In this document: piece after piece, positions 37,358-49,045 of the stretch
Layout of the letters: each line of letters starts with the position of its first letter
How positions within the stretch are numbered: the stretch's first letter is position 1
Source of the DNA: Stylophora pistillata
Lineage: Eukaryota
Reading direction: 5' to 3'
Assembly (NCBI RefSeq): GCF_002571385.2
Contig: NW_019217786.1
Coordinates: forward strand, 1,685,292 to 1,749,291
DNA: 64,000 nt
The notes under the pieces: model-generated
Database searches by the model: none
The model's input: only the letters and a program-made list of their open reading frames with translations
What the model was told of the DNA's origin: nothing
Translations under genes and position numbers: made by a program

Positions 37358-37742
37358 TTCTAAAAAGAGTTTTAGTGCTTAGTCCCGATGTGTAAATACA
37401 GGAGAATATAGTGGCGCGGTCGCGTTTAGACTGCAAGCTTTTGTTTTTCATTACATCTGTTTTCAGTCCTTTTTTGTACTGAACAGGTGCTGACGATTAT
37501 GCAAATTTCATTCAATTGACAGTTTTGCGTTTGCTGAACGGGAAGAAACGAGTTTAGCAATTGCGGAGCCTTAAACAATGGCGAGAATTCTCACTTACCA
37601 TCAATTGTGAGTAATATGCGAGTCGATTAAACAGTTTTTTGTGTAAATATTTACAGTCAGGACAAAGGTTGTCTGACGATTTGCTTACGCCATGAACTTT
37701 GCGTCAAACTAGTTCCCAGACCTACATCTTACATGCCGCGTG

Positions 37743-38299
37743 TAGGCCTTTATTGCTAGTATAATTTTTAGCATAATTTAATTGAGCAAGCTGACATAAT
37801 TTCTGCCAAGTAGCAATGGTAGCATAATTCGCATATTTTGATAATTATCGGATCATTTTTGATGCTACAATTTGATCATTCTTCATCTCATACTCCCAAG
37901 CACTTGGTGACGTTATTCGATGTTTTAAGTGTTAGTTCAAGTAGTAGCATTTGTAGTTCACTGTGACAGAGCGGCGTCTTAAACGGTCTGAGCCCGAGTC
38001 TGGGGTGCGCCGGAACCGGAAGTCACATTGTAGGCCATGTATAGTCTAGTACTAGTGTGCATGTTAACATGAACCACATGTTTATTTGAATTTCATTGTG
38101 GATTTGTTGCGTTTCTTTCTTGTAGACCAACGGCTTTTAATTAAAAAATGTATTTTTTGAACTTATTTGTAATTTTTTTCAGAGCATAATTTAAAAAAAA
38201 GGGGCATAATTTGGAAAAAAGAGCATAATTTTAGCATGATGTGGCCAAAAAAAAGCAATGCTACTAGCATAATATACTAGCATAATCTATAAAGGCCAA
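37743..38299. mobile_element. hAT-type MITE with perfect 8-bp TSD
   Basis: TSD GCCGCGTG at 37735-37742 and 38300-38307; TIR TAGGCCTTTAT / ATAAAGGCCAA; many subterminal AGCATAAT motifs. Confidence 0.82.
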
Positions 38300-39019
38300 G
38301 CCGCGTGCATCACCCGGAAACGATGGCAGTTAAGTTCAAAAAGAAAAAGATTGAGGAGAGTTCTTCTAGTTTCTCGGGCCGTTGATGTATTGATCAAAGG
38401 GAAAACGTTTAATTTAAGCCTAGATTAATTTTTGTACAAAAAAAGTGGGTTTCATATCAGGCTTCACTCTGCTGTTTTGTGCTAGACGGAATTAGAAGAT
38501 ATTTTATGTAGTAGCCTAGTTTTCATGCAGGGTCATATTTTAAACGTCCCTGAAAAGCTGGAGTAAGTTACCAAGGTAGCAACAGTATTTTCCTGTTGTT
38601 TAGAGTGGCCTTGACAGACCCAAACCAGTGACTTGCTTCTCACAAGAAATTTCCACTAGAGAACAAAAGGTTAATGGTCCAAAAAACACCTTTTATACAA
38701 GAGCAATCTGAAACAAGTTCAATTTTTAACCCTGAATTAAGCCTCACTGGCCCTCACATAACTGACCCCTGGAGCCTTTTTTCATTGGCATATGTCACCA
38801 AGGACTGTCTATCATGCACAAGTAATCCAGCCATATGCATAGAGAGAACAGCCAGAACTTAAAAAATATAATACTTTATTAAAAATCCTCATAAATTTAT
38901 ATAAATACTGCAGTTTACCTGAAAATACAGAATAAGTGAGTCCCTCCTTAATTTTTTTTTTAACTTAACTTAATTTAAAGAGGGAAGCGCAATAACCTGT
39001 TACAATTTTCTAACCTATG

Positions 39020-39310
39020 ACCCTCGACCCACCCATCCCACCCCAGGGGGAGGACATCCATTATACAGTAATCTCGTGCGTGGGAAATTAACGTCTCCTA
39101 CCCCTAACCCTGCAGGAGACAGGGCCTCCATTTATTCATCCCTATCCGAGAAGACTAGAATATCTGACCATTTCTTGATGCTATAGAAAGGTAGCATATT
39201 CTTCTCAATTATTTTAAGACCCTGAGTGTTGGTCCGGCCGGGGCTCGAACCCTTGACCTCCCGCACAACAGTCCAGCGCTCTATCCATTGAGCTAACTGG
39301 GAGGCGGTTC
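39020..39310 (-). mobile_element. tRNA-derived SINE
   Basis: Minus strand: TAGCTCAATGGATAGAGC..GGTTCGAGCCC head; 3' part shared with 34945-35050 and 46805-46930. Confidence 0.72.
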
Positions 39311-39520
39311 CCATAGCTGAATATGGAGTGCAATAATTTGTATCTATCGTAAATACTTGCTGATAAAATATACTCATTCATACAATAAATTAACACCCCT
39401 TTGTGTTGAATCCACAATCATTACAAGCTACACATAAAACTCACATAAAATAGAGCTACTTTCTGCAAAGAACTTGATGATACCTGTGCAAATAATGTAT
39501 ACAAAACTATTATCCAACAA

Positions 39521-39713
39521 TAAAGGGGATGAGTTTCTAAATAAAGTGTGGTGCTGCGTTGGTATGGGTAACAAGGTAATTTGGTAATATCAACTGAGTT
39601 GAAATTGTAAATTGGCCACTGTAAAGGGTTAAAAAGCTGACGAAGGGCTAACAATCAAAACATCAGCTTTTTAACCATTTACAGTGGCCAATTTACAATT
39701 TCAACTCAGTTGA
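39521..39713 (-). mobile_element. Sister-subfamily foldback element in opposite orientation; 13-bp TSD
   Basis: TSD TATTATCCAACAA at 39508-39520 and 39714-39726; inverted arms ATATCAACTGAGTTGAAATTGTAAATTGGCCAC; decayed core at centre. Confidence 0.7.
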
Positions 39714-40112
39714 TATTATCCAACAACTCGGATGAGAAAAAGCCCAGCTCACTAATTGAACGATTCCTTACATTGACAAAATTTTAAAACTTTGCTTCAA
39801 TCATTTTCAAGAGCTCATTTTCCTTAGCCCTTTAACTCGCATGAGTATCAGTAAAATATAAATTAGGGGAATTTCTAGTTGATTCAATACCAAATTCTCC
39901 AAACTAACATCATAAAAATTGTAAGGCTTGCAGTAAGGAGAAAATAACTGAGATCTTAAAAAGCAAAGGGTTAATAATTACTTTTTGCTCTTGTTGGACC
40001 TTTTTTAATCACTGGCTAGTGATGCTCAAGGTTGTTATACATTCTCTGGAATCTTCATAAAATATTCTCTAATTACTACACAAAAAAATAACTGGCAGAT
40101 ATCTTCATTCAA

Positions 40113-40368
40113 TTTGGATATGTCAACAAAGTTGAAATGGTAAACTGGCCACCGTAATGATTACAAAAGCTGACGTTTCGAGCGTTAGCCCTTCGTCGGA
40201 GCAAAGCGTTAGCCCATTCGTTCCGAGGAAGGGCTAACGCTCAAAACGTCAGCTTTTGTAATTGTTACGGTGGCTAATTTACCATTTCAACTTTGTTGAC
40301 ATAGCCAAATTATTTCGTTACCCCCACCGACGCAGCCCCAAACAGTTTCTTTCGAAACTATCAGCCTT
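40113..40368 (+). mobile_element. Same foldback/hammerhead element; 13-bp TSD
   Basis: Same arms and tail as the 57598 copy; TSD TATCTTCATTCAA at 40100-40112 and 40369-40381; minus-strand core at 40169-40202 identical to the 57700 core. Confidence 0.8.
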
Positions 40369-41006
40369 TATCTTCATTCAAGGTGAGAATCACTTCGACA
40401 CATGATTACTTCTAACTAAACACAAATTCTTGAAGAAGTATGAGAACAGGAATTAGGTGGTAGATAAGTCCCAAAATCATCGCCATAGGGCTGGTTATTG
40501 AGACTTTTATTGGTTAACATTTCAACTGTTTGGTACCGAGTCTCACGGTTAATAATTCCATAGTGACAAATCCTCACAACTAGTTTCACAAGAGTATACT
40601 AGTCTCTTGGAGTAAACTATCCAAACTCTACTCACACAGACTACACCCTGTCAAACACTCAAGGATGCCTCAATTAATCTCAAGATGATGGTGATGATAC
40701 ACTTCAAGTTAGAGTTGTCTCATCATGTGAACTACATGAAGGACTTGACACAAGGATGAAAAAGCTCTAAATTACTTTTGACAAATATCTAGAATGTTTC
40801 AATTATGGATCTCTTCTGAATGAATTCCTTAAATTATTTTATAAAATATTCATTATCCCTTGACATATTATGCTTAATATATCATATGCACCAAAAAACA
40901 TTTAATTTCACAACAATGATAGCTTTCCCTATTTCTCTCTAAAATAGTCTAAAATGGTCCCAGACCATACTAGAGATACGTAAACTCAATTCTAGCTGAA
41001 TTTTGA

Positions 41007-43446
41007 TCAAAGAGGAGTGGTTGCTGGTGGTCTTACACATGACTTTGGGACATAGCCCTGCAACTTGTTTGAAGGTGAATATGCCCAAATCCAGCCCCTT
41101 GCATCTTTGATCTTCATGTCAGCATAAATCCAATCACCTTTATTCACAGTAAGTTCATCCATTCTTCTGGCTAGGTAGGTATCAGTACAGACAAGTTCTT
41201 GTCCATAAAGTAAAAGCTCATTAGTGCTGCGACATTGGTGGTATGCTTCTGTCTGATCATTTGGAGTGACAGGACTGTAGCCATTTCGGCTTGAAGAAGG
41301 AGTGATTAACAAAGGTTCTGAGGATGAGTTTGTACTGCTAGTTGACCTGTTGGAATCTGGGGTTGTTATTCTGTAAGTGCTTCCAACTTGAGTTGACAAT
41401 GGTGAAACTCGGGTCTGAGATATTCTTCTGCTACCATTCAAATGATTTTGAACTGTTGATGGACTTAAATCTAGAAAAAAAAAAAGTAATTGTCAGAAAT
41501 TTTAACAAAAAGGAAAAGGATGTCATGACAGGCTACCATTATAATAACCCCTTGTTTTGCACCCTGCAACTCCTTCCCCTCCCCCCCCCCTTTCTCAAAT
41601 TGCCTTGGGAGCAAGAACCCTAAAACACCCTCCATCAACAAAGAAGAAAGAAGTTAGCTTACTTTAGATAATCAATTTACATAACAAATCAAAAGATAAC
41701 TAGTTTGATAAGCCACTAGGAGTTTCCAAACAAACATTTCATGAAATAGAGACCTCTATATAAAGCTAGCTCCATTAGCTAATGCACCTAGCAAGTTGAG
41801 TGCAATTTCAGCAATTGCAGGAAAGAAGCCTGAAAATATTCAGGCATCCGTTTGACTGTACAGATATCATTTCATCACTTGAATTTCATCTGCAAAGGAA
41901 ACATGTTCCATTAAAAAATTGTGACAAGCTTGTTCTCAATTATGGTGCATTACACACATGAACTTGTTGTGATAATTCAGTGATGGTTCACTCCTGTGCT
42001 TGAAACATTGATTTACTTTACGTCAGCATGAGTAACATGGTTTGATTAGTAAGGTGCAACGGAGTCAAAGTATCTCAAAGCAAGGAGGATAAGAAAAAAA
42101 ATACGGAAGTGAATTTCAACAATTCTTTTTTTCTAATTCAAGGAAGTGTTAACAGCGATCTTCAGAAAAAAATTTAAGAGAGGGACACGTTTTTTCGAGA
42201 ATAGTAATGTATAGATAAATCACCTTTACTGGCCGCTTTGAACCGATGTAATTTGATAGTTCATTAATTTACCGTGACAAGCATTCTCGCTTCCATTGAC
42301 GGAAAATGAAAGCTTAATCGCATAAAATTAGCTAACACTGTTTGAGACGGAAATATCTCAGAAACATGGTTAATATAAATTAAGTTAACTGATCATCAAG
42401 TTGACCTCCGAAAAGACTGTTTTCTTAGTTGACCGAGACATTTTACTTGTTTATAAGAACTTAACAACAGACGATTTAGCGATTGTGATACTGGTTGCCG
42501 ATGTTCTTGGAAACGCTGGTATCTAGTGGTTTCGAAATTGTCTCCCACTACGTGCGAGCCCTCCATAAGTAGCTTGGAATAGTCTCCAACCTTCACAAAT
42601 TCACACAACTATTGACCCTTGCAATTGTACACAAGTACTCGAAAATCACTGACAAGATTATGAAAACAAAAGTAAGGCACTCACCGCTTTTTTCGAGTCC
42701 GTCCAACGGAACAAGAAAATCTTTGGGAATAAATCCTTCAACACCATCCTTCTTTGAGACCCAATACCAATCCTTGTCATCTTTGTTTAAAACTCGAACT
42801 CTTTCTCCTTTCTTGGCATTAATATCGTTCTCATCGCAGGCAATAAACTCAAATCTAACCATGTAATCACCAAAATCATCTTTCTTAAAATTATAAGACG
42901 GTGTATTATCTGTTTGCACATGCAACGAGTCGAGGAACGAAGCGTTGCGAAAATTATTCCTATGAAGCCCTTTTTGTTTCTCTTTCCGCTTTTCGTAGTC
43001 CTCCTCTGGGACGCAATACGTAAATGGTATGAAACCTTCCTTTCCATCATTTATTATAACATAGATCCAGTCTGTCTCTTGGTACAAAGCTTTGACATGT
43101 TGGCCGCGCTTTACAGCGACCTCATCTTCGACGCAGGGTATAAAATCATGAAGCACAACCATCTTCCGAGGTTCAAATTCGATCTCGTTATCCTCTTCTT
43201 CTCTACCAAGCTCCACAATAGAGTCTACACTATTGCTGCCTGTGATCCTTCCTTTGGCATTTCCATTTCGAGTGGTGTCTTTTTGTTCTTCATCTCGATA
43301 TCCTGTCAAAGATATTGACAAACGCGAGAGGACCAGCGTGTAAACAGAAAACTCATAAACAATTTTCAAACACGACCTACCGCTAGAATTGGCCACTTAC
43401 GTTTCCTTCGTCTTCTTGGAATTCTCATGGGGCAGAAAAAAGCCAT
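41007..43446 (-). CDS. Dlish: Triple-SH3 adaptor, Dlish/Vamana (Dachs ligand with SH3s) orthologue, ~375 aa, 3 exons
   Basis: Exons 43401-43446, 42685-43302, 41007-41470 (1128 nt in frame). N-terminus MAFFCPMRIPRRRRK, motif GRITGSNSVDSIVELG and SH3-1 KMVVLHDFIPCVEDEVAVKRGQ..DWIYV..EGFIPFTYC closely resemble Drosophila Dlish as I recall it (MAFLCPVR.., GRITGSSSIETL, KMVVLHDFTPCVDDELEVKRGQ). Two further SH3 domains follow. Confidence 0.85.
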
Positions 43447-45633
43447 AGTGAGAGAAAAATGCCTCAGGAAAATCAACGACCAGTACGTGAACTCAGTAAA
43501 CAAGCGATCAAGAGAGTGCGCTGATGTGTTGATATAAATAAGGTTCAATGGGACCCTGGGAAGTGCCTAATATATAAGCGTCCCATGGGACGACAGTCTT
43601 TTTGTCTAGGGGAGGGGTGGGACTACCGAGCAGACTATTGAGCATTTTGCAAGCAATGAGTTATCAAACATTTTCAAAGGGTAGAATATTAATTTTTTAC
43701 AATGACTATTTATTAAAATTTCTTCTGCTTCTGACAACGAAATTACTCACTCTGTGCTTTGCCAGGCGGCACCTTTATCTCTGAGTAGGGATCAAGGGAA
43801 AATAATGACTCATTATTTTCTCTTACTGGGAACTATTCCATGGGAAAAAAAAAGCATCAATATTGTGGTTAGTTTACCCACCCGGCCCGGTCAAAGAATC
43901 TCAACCCACGCATAGCAGGCGTTAGCCTAACCGCACTAATGAAGGATGACTAAAAGGGATCGAGATCTTAGTAATTGAGCCTATATCAAATGATTGATAT
44001 CGTGCATAAAAGCTACGTCGTAATATTGTGTCATTTTACACCGACACTGATAAGAATTGTCTTTTTATAAGATAAAGCATTTTGATTATCGTCTTCCTCT
44101 AAAGACAAATGTAAACAAGGAGATGGGCGCACCAAACAGGAGAGACATGGTCAGGGAGGGACATTGAATCGGAAGGACACACCTTACAAATAATGAACTT
44201 AACAAAAGCGTAATAGAGTTTTTATGAAGAACAGATTGACTTAAGTCTGTGACGTGGTTCCGGCCTTGGAAATCGAGCCCATATCAACTGAGTGATATTG
44301 CACTTAAAGGGCGAGCCGGTGTCCCTAAAGCAGCGCTATTAGTTTTTTGATCCTCAGGCTAGGTCAGCGAAAATAATACATTACCGAGTTTTTGCCAAAA
44401 TGTTGTAAATTGATTTTAGCTGAAAGCTCATTTAATGGGAATTACTAAATTTAGCATGTCATAGGGAACTCGTAGACCATTTAGGATCTAGGTTTATGAG
44501 ACAAACAAAACGTATACTGGAAAAATTAGAATATTGACACATTGTATTTACATCCTGACCGAAAAACATCATCAATTTTTCTGAATCGTTATATCTCTCC
44601 GGCACTCTTTATCCCAACCCTAAATAAATGACGGAACCGTAACCCTTACAGATCAAAATATTGTTAAGTCACAAGACGACAAGACGGGGAGATTGGGAGT
44701 ATTTGCTCACTGAATGAAAAACATCATCGATGTTTCTGGATTGTTTTATCTCCCGCAGAAGTTGTGTTTTTTTAGAACCACATAAATTTTCTAACCCTAT
44801 ATAAACAACACCGCCATTTTTCCTACACATCACTAGATATTGTTCAGTTCAAGAAGGGAGGATGTGGAGTATTTGCTCACTGCGAGAAAAAAAAATTGTG
44901 TTTTATCTTCAGCATGATTTGTTTTTCAAATTCACATTTTTTTTTTCTACTTTACAAACAGTACAGCCCTTTTTTCCACGTATGCAAACATCGTCGAATA
45001 TGAACCGGGTCTTTTTTTTTTTTTTTTGCCTCGATCGCCCTGAGCACTGGCAACAACAACAATTTGTCATCAGGGTATTTTCATAAATTACCTGTAACTA
45101 GTTTGGGCGTCAGCTGACTTGACCCTCATGCGTGGCTATGGTTGACGGAACTCCTGAGTTCGCATATATTTTTTAGGATTGTCACTTCTAATCCCACTTA
45201 TCCCTTTTATAATCAGTGTAGAACATAAACCCCCTACACCCTGAAACGTAATAAAACGTAATGCAAGTTGGTGTACTTATCTCACTAATTGATTTGAGTA
45301 GAAAAAGGATAGTTGTATGATTAAAATACACACCCTCTGATTGGTCAGTATATCTTGCGATAAATGTTCCTAACAAGTTTAACATCACATCCTCTTAAAG
45401 CTGCAATCCCTTTGCGTGGATGTGTTATCTATTCCTTGGTTTAAATCATATCTGGAAAATCGTGGCTGTCAAACCTCAGTTGGCAATTCTATTTCATCAA
45501 AGAACATTGATTTCGATAACTGCTAACAGGATGAATATCACATTGAACTTTGAATTCCAAATTTACCGCTCAGCAATATAATTTTCGATATTTTAGAAGA
45601 AGAAACATTCAAACGAAAAAAGTCGTGGTTGCC

Positions 45634-45666
<33 letters not shown>

Positions 45667-45840
45667 GTCACAAGTAGACTACAAGAAGTTCCTCCTTTTC
45701 AGCGAGGTCTGTCGCACGAGTAAAAAAAAATCAGTAAAAAAAGGCGCTCATTGATTTTTTTTCACGCGCGCAACGGACTTCGCCGAAAAGTAGGGAATAC
45801 TCATGGTCTGAATCACCAGCAGCAGCGCGAGTAAATCCAT

Positions 45841-46125
45841 AATATATAGATTTACCCAAGCCCAGAAGCGGAGCTCCCAAGTTCGTAATATTAATGATAA
45901 CATAAAAGATGTGCATTTGCCAAGACTCGCCTGAGACACCCCTCCCTTCGTTTTGATAGTCTCCCCTACCCTATCCATGCAATCTGAAGGCACGTACGTA
46001 CGTACGTACGGACGTACGCTCGGTCAGTCACGTGACAACCAAACTAAAAGAGGTTGACCATATTCCATGGGTATGGGGCTCTCTCTGCCCCTCGCGCGCT
46101 TCGCGCGCGTAGAAGCCCCGCTAAA
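45841..46125 (+). repeat. Dispersed repeat with GC-rich 3' hairpin; second copy 62162-62425
   Basis: Both copies share TAGATTTA.CCAAGCC.A.AAGCGGAGCTCCCAAGTTCG..GGTCAGTCACGTGACA..CGCGCGCTT.GCGCGCG..AGCCCCGCTAAAAA; no TIRs. Confidence 0.8.
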
Positions 46126-46684
46126 AATAATTTGATATCAGAGATCGATCAACAAAATGATCACTCTTGTAGGATTCCACGTGCGAAGTTTTGTGTTAGC
46201 TTATCATTTATGCATGCCTTTCAGAACTATTTAAACGCTACGGCTTGTTAGCGCGCAAATATTCTTTCAACGTATTATTCTTTAACCCGAAATTTTTGTC
46301 GCCGACGCCATCGCTATTGTTTTCATTGAATAAAGACTGAATGCATAATTAATGTATGGGGTTAAATGGTACTCTTGCCAAACATTTGTAAGTCTTTAAA
46401 TTCTGTCTTGTATGTTTATCATCGCTCGGCCCTTCTTCTCATTTATTTTTATTTATTTTCCTAGTCGAACCTCGCTCGCTGACTCGCTCGATCACAAAAC
46501 TTCAATCGACTCCTCGCGTCTCTTGAACCGAGCGCGAGTTCGAAATTTTCTAGACGTAGCATCGACAAGAACTGTGGGCTACAACTCTGACTTCCACATA
46601 ATGTTGTTAAAATGAACCCTAAATTAACTTTGAAAGAAAATCCTTCTGCGATAAAGTATAACACTGCTAACATCTTGCAATTTG

Positions 46685-46930
46685 TGAGGCGTGAGTAGTC
46701 CAGTGGTCAGTGCGCTGGACTCTGGGTTAAACGGCCCGGGTTCAAGTCCTGGCTGGGGCTTAACGTTGAGTCCTTAAGCAAGACACTTCACTCACATTGT
46801 TTCGTCTTCTCGGATAGGACGTAAAGCCGGAGGTCCCGTCTCTTAAAGGGTAAGGGGTAAGAGACGTTAATTTCCCACGCACGAGATTACTGTGTGCTGG
46901 ATGTCCTCCCCTGGGTGGGTTGGGTGGGAA
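46685..46930 (+). mobile_element. tRNA-derived SINE (chimeric head and tail)
   Basis: TAGTCCAGTGG (A box), GGTTCAAGTCC (B box), GTCCTTAAGCAAGACACTTCACTCACA CORE-like start, then the tail of the 39020 family. Confidence 0.68.
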
Positions 46931-48654
46931 AACAGCAGGTCCACATCAGCTTACACAGTTGCCAATAAATTCAACCTGCTTGAACAAATAAACATGATGA
47001 TGATGATGATGATGAATCGCGAAGGGAACTTCGGTTGCGATGCTCAACGAGTTTGCTTGGAAATTCCGACAGGCGTTTGACGAGTCTCTCAGCCGGGACG
47101 AAACACCGCGTTATACCAGCCAAAAACTTTTTAGCTTGAAGCATTATTCTTACAAGCGTTTTTCAATTTTTTATTTTTATATTTTCAAGGGGACAGTAAA
47201 CAAAGAAGCATTATGAAAATTGTGTCCTAAAACTTATGATTTGTATCGTTTCCGTTTCTGTGGTTGTTAACGTAGTAGCTTATTAGCGTCCAGTGGATTC
47301 AAGACTTGCTCTAGGAGGAATGGTTGCCTAAAACAAACGCTCGCCTAATTAGCATCTTTGTTAACGGCATTTTTAATGAATCTAACATGATCTATGTCAA
47401 AATTTTAATAGCAAGCAAGTCAGGTTCTGATGTTCAATTTGCCTTTTCCTCGACCAAACTGAAAATATGGTGGTCAAAATCTATCCGGCAAGTTTAATCC
47501 TTGTCGAGTAAAATTATTACTGGCCTCTTGATGGACGAATATTATCAAATCTCTTTAAATGGCTTCCGTGCACGCATATAAGTCTTACAACAACTGCTGT
47601 CTATTGCTGTGTTGAAAACTAAACTAGGAAATACATTATTTTTTATGCCAAATTTTACTTCCCCTCTCTTTCACGAGCTAACAAAGTGTCCCACTGAAAG
47701 CTTTTTCGCAAATAACCTCTGTCATTATAATTTTGCTCGGAGAAGGTGACAGAAATAATTTTACATTTCAAGATTTTCACTGATTTGGGATGTTTTCTGT
47801 GTGAATGATCGTTATATCCAGTTCTAAATTTTTCATTCCTCGATGGGTGATACTAATGCAAATTCAGTATTCTTTTTGTTGTTACCTAGATGACAATTCT
47901 CATCAGGGAAAGAGCTCAAATGAAGAAGAAATGAAGACCTTTTAATGAAAAATAGAAAGATAAACGGTTTAGTAGTTTTCAAAGCTTTAGATCATACTAC
48001 TTAGCTAAAAAGATAATCAGTTAATCTCAGAGAGAAATCGAGATTAATTTCCAGGTTTTAAGCTGTAAAAAATTAAAAAATATATAATTTCCACACTTAT
48101 CCAACCTGATCGAGCTTAAAGCGACAACTTGCGCTATCTGATTTAAATAACAGATTCAGAATTCTAATTTGTACCAACCGTGTTTAACACTCCCAGGTTA
48201 CAGATTATTTTCCAGCCAGGAGCGCTTGGTATCCATTATAACATCAAGTTATTAAATACGAAAGGCAATGACATCGAATTCAATTCCAAAATGACCTGAT
48301 GTACGACCAGATCAAAAGACCTGAAAAGTCCTGATCAAAGTGGTGTTTGTCTCGAAGGAAGAAAGCAGTATTTCAGAAAGGTTTGCACTTAAAACGTTTT
48401 TTATGTTTTCATAAGTAACTATCACATTTCCATTACAAAATAGCGTATTCAGCGTGTTAATATTTGTCTACATCTTCGTTTGCTGATCATAATTTCTCAT
48501 TTACTCCGGAAGTCAGCATGGGGAAACAGCTTGCATCGTCTAATCTCTTTAAAAAGTGGTTTTTCTCCCCAACACTGATTTTTCTGGCGGTTTTTATGTA
48601 TGTAGGTCATGCTCTCCCGATATGAAAACGATGGTTTTGTTAAGTACTTCTACC

Positions 48655-49045
48655 TCAGCGAGACAATGGTTTTCCTCGTACTTAACCAATCATTCTCAAA
48701 GTGTTTGTGTTAATGGGATAGTCTCAGAGTCTCAGAAAATCGATTTTGCAGTCCCCCCCCCCAGCGTAACGTTTTAGGGCCGTTGCTCTTTGTAATGCAT
48801 ATTAATGACATGTCTCATGTCGTTAGATATTCTAATGTTTAGCTATATGCTGATGACACACTACTTCACTTTGCTAGTGGCGATGTTAGCATCATTGAGT
48901 CCAATCTGACATCTGATTTAGAAAGTGTTACTCAGTGGCTTAGTGCTAATTACCTAATACTAAACTCTACCAAATCCGAAATAATGCTTGTGGGTACCCA
49001 TCGAAGGCTTGCCTCTAAGTCGTTCTCCATATCATCTAACGGCCG
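48655..49045 (+). mobile_element. LINE reverse-transcriptase fragment (decayed)
   Basis: WFSSYLTNHSQSVCVNG..AVP/LGPLLFVMHINDM..LYADDT..WLSANYLILNSTKSEIMLVG across a frameshift and a stop. Confidence 0.85.

Noticed and set aside
37599-37693. ATG-containing micro-exon as coding start of the myosin light chain
   Set aside because: ATG|GT (37599-37601) and ATGGC|GT (37689-37693) both join the 37359 acceptor out of frame; the ATG at 37357 was used instead.
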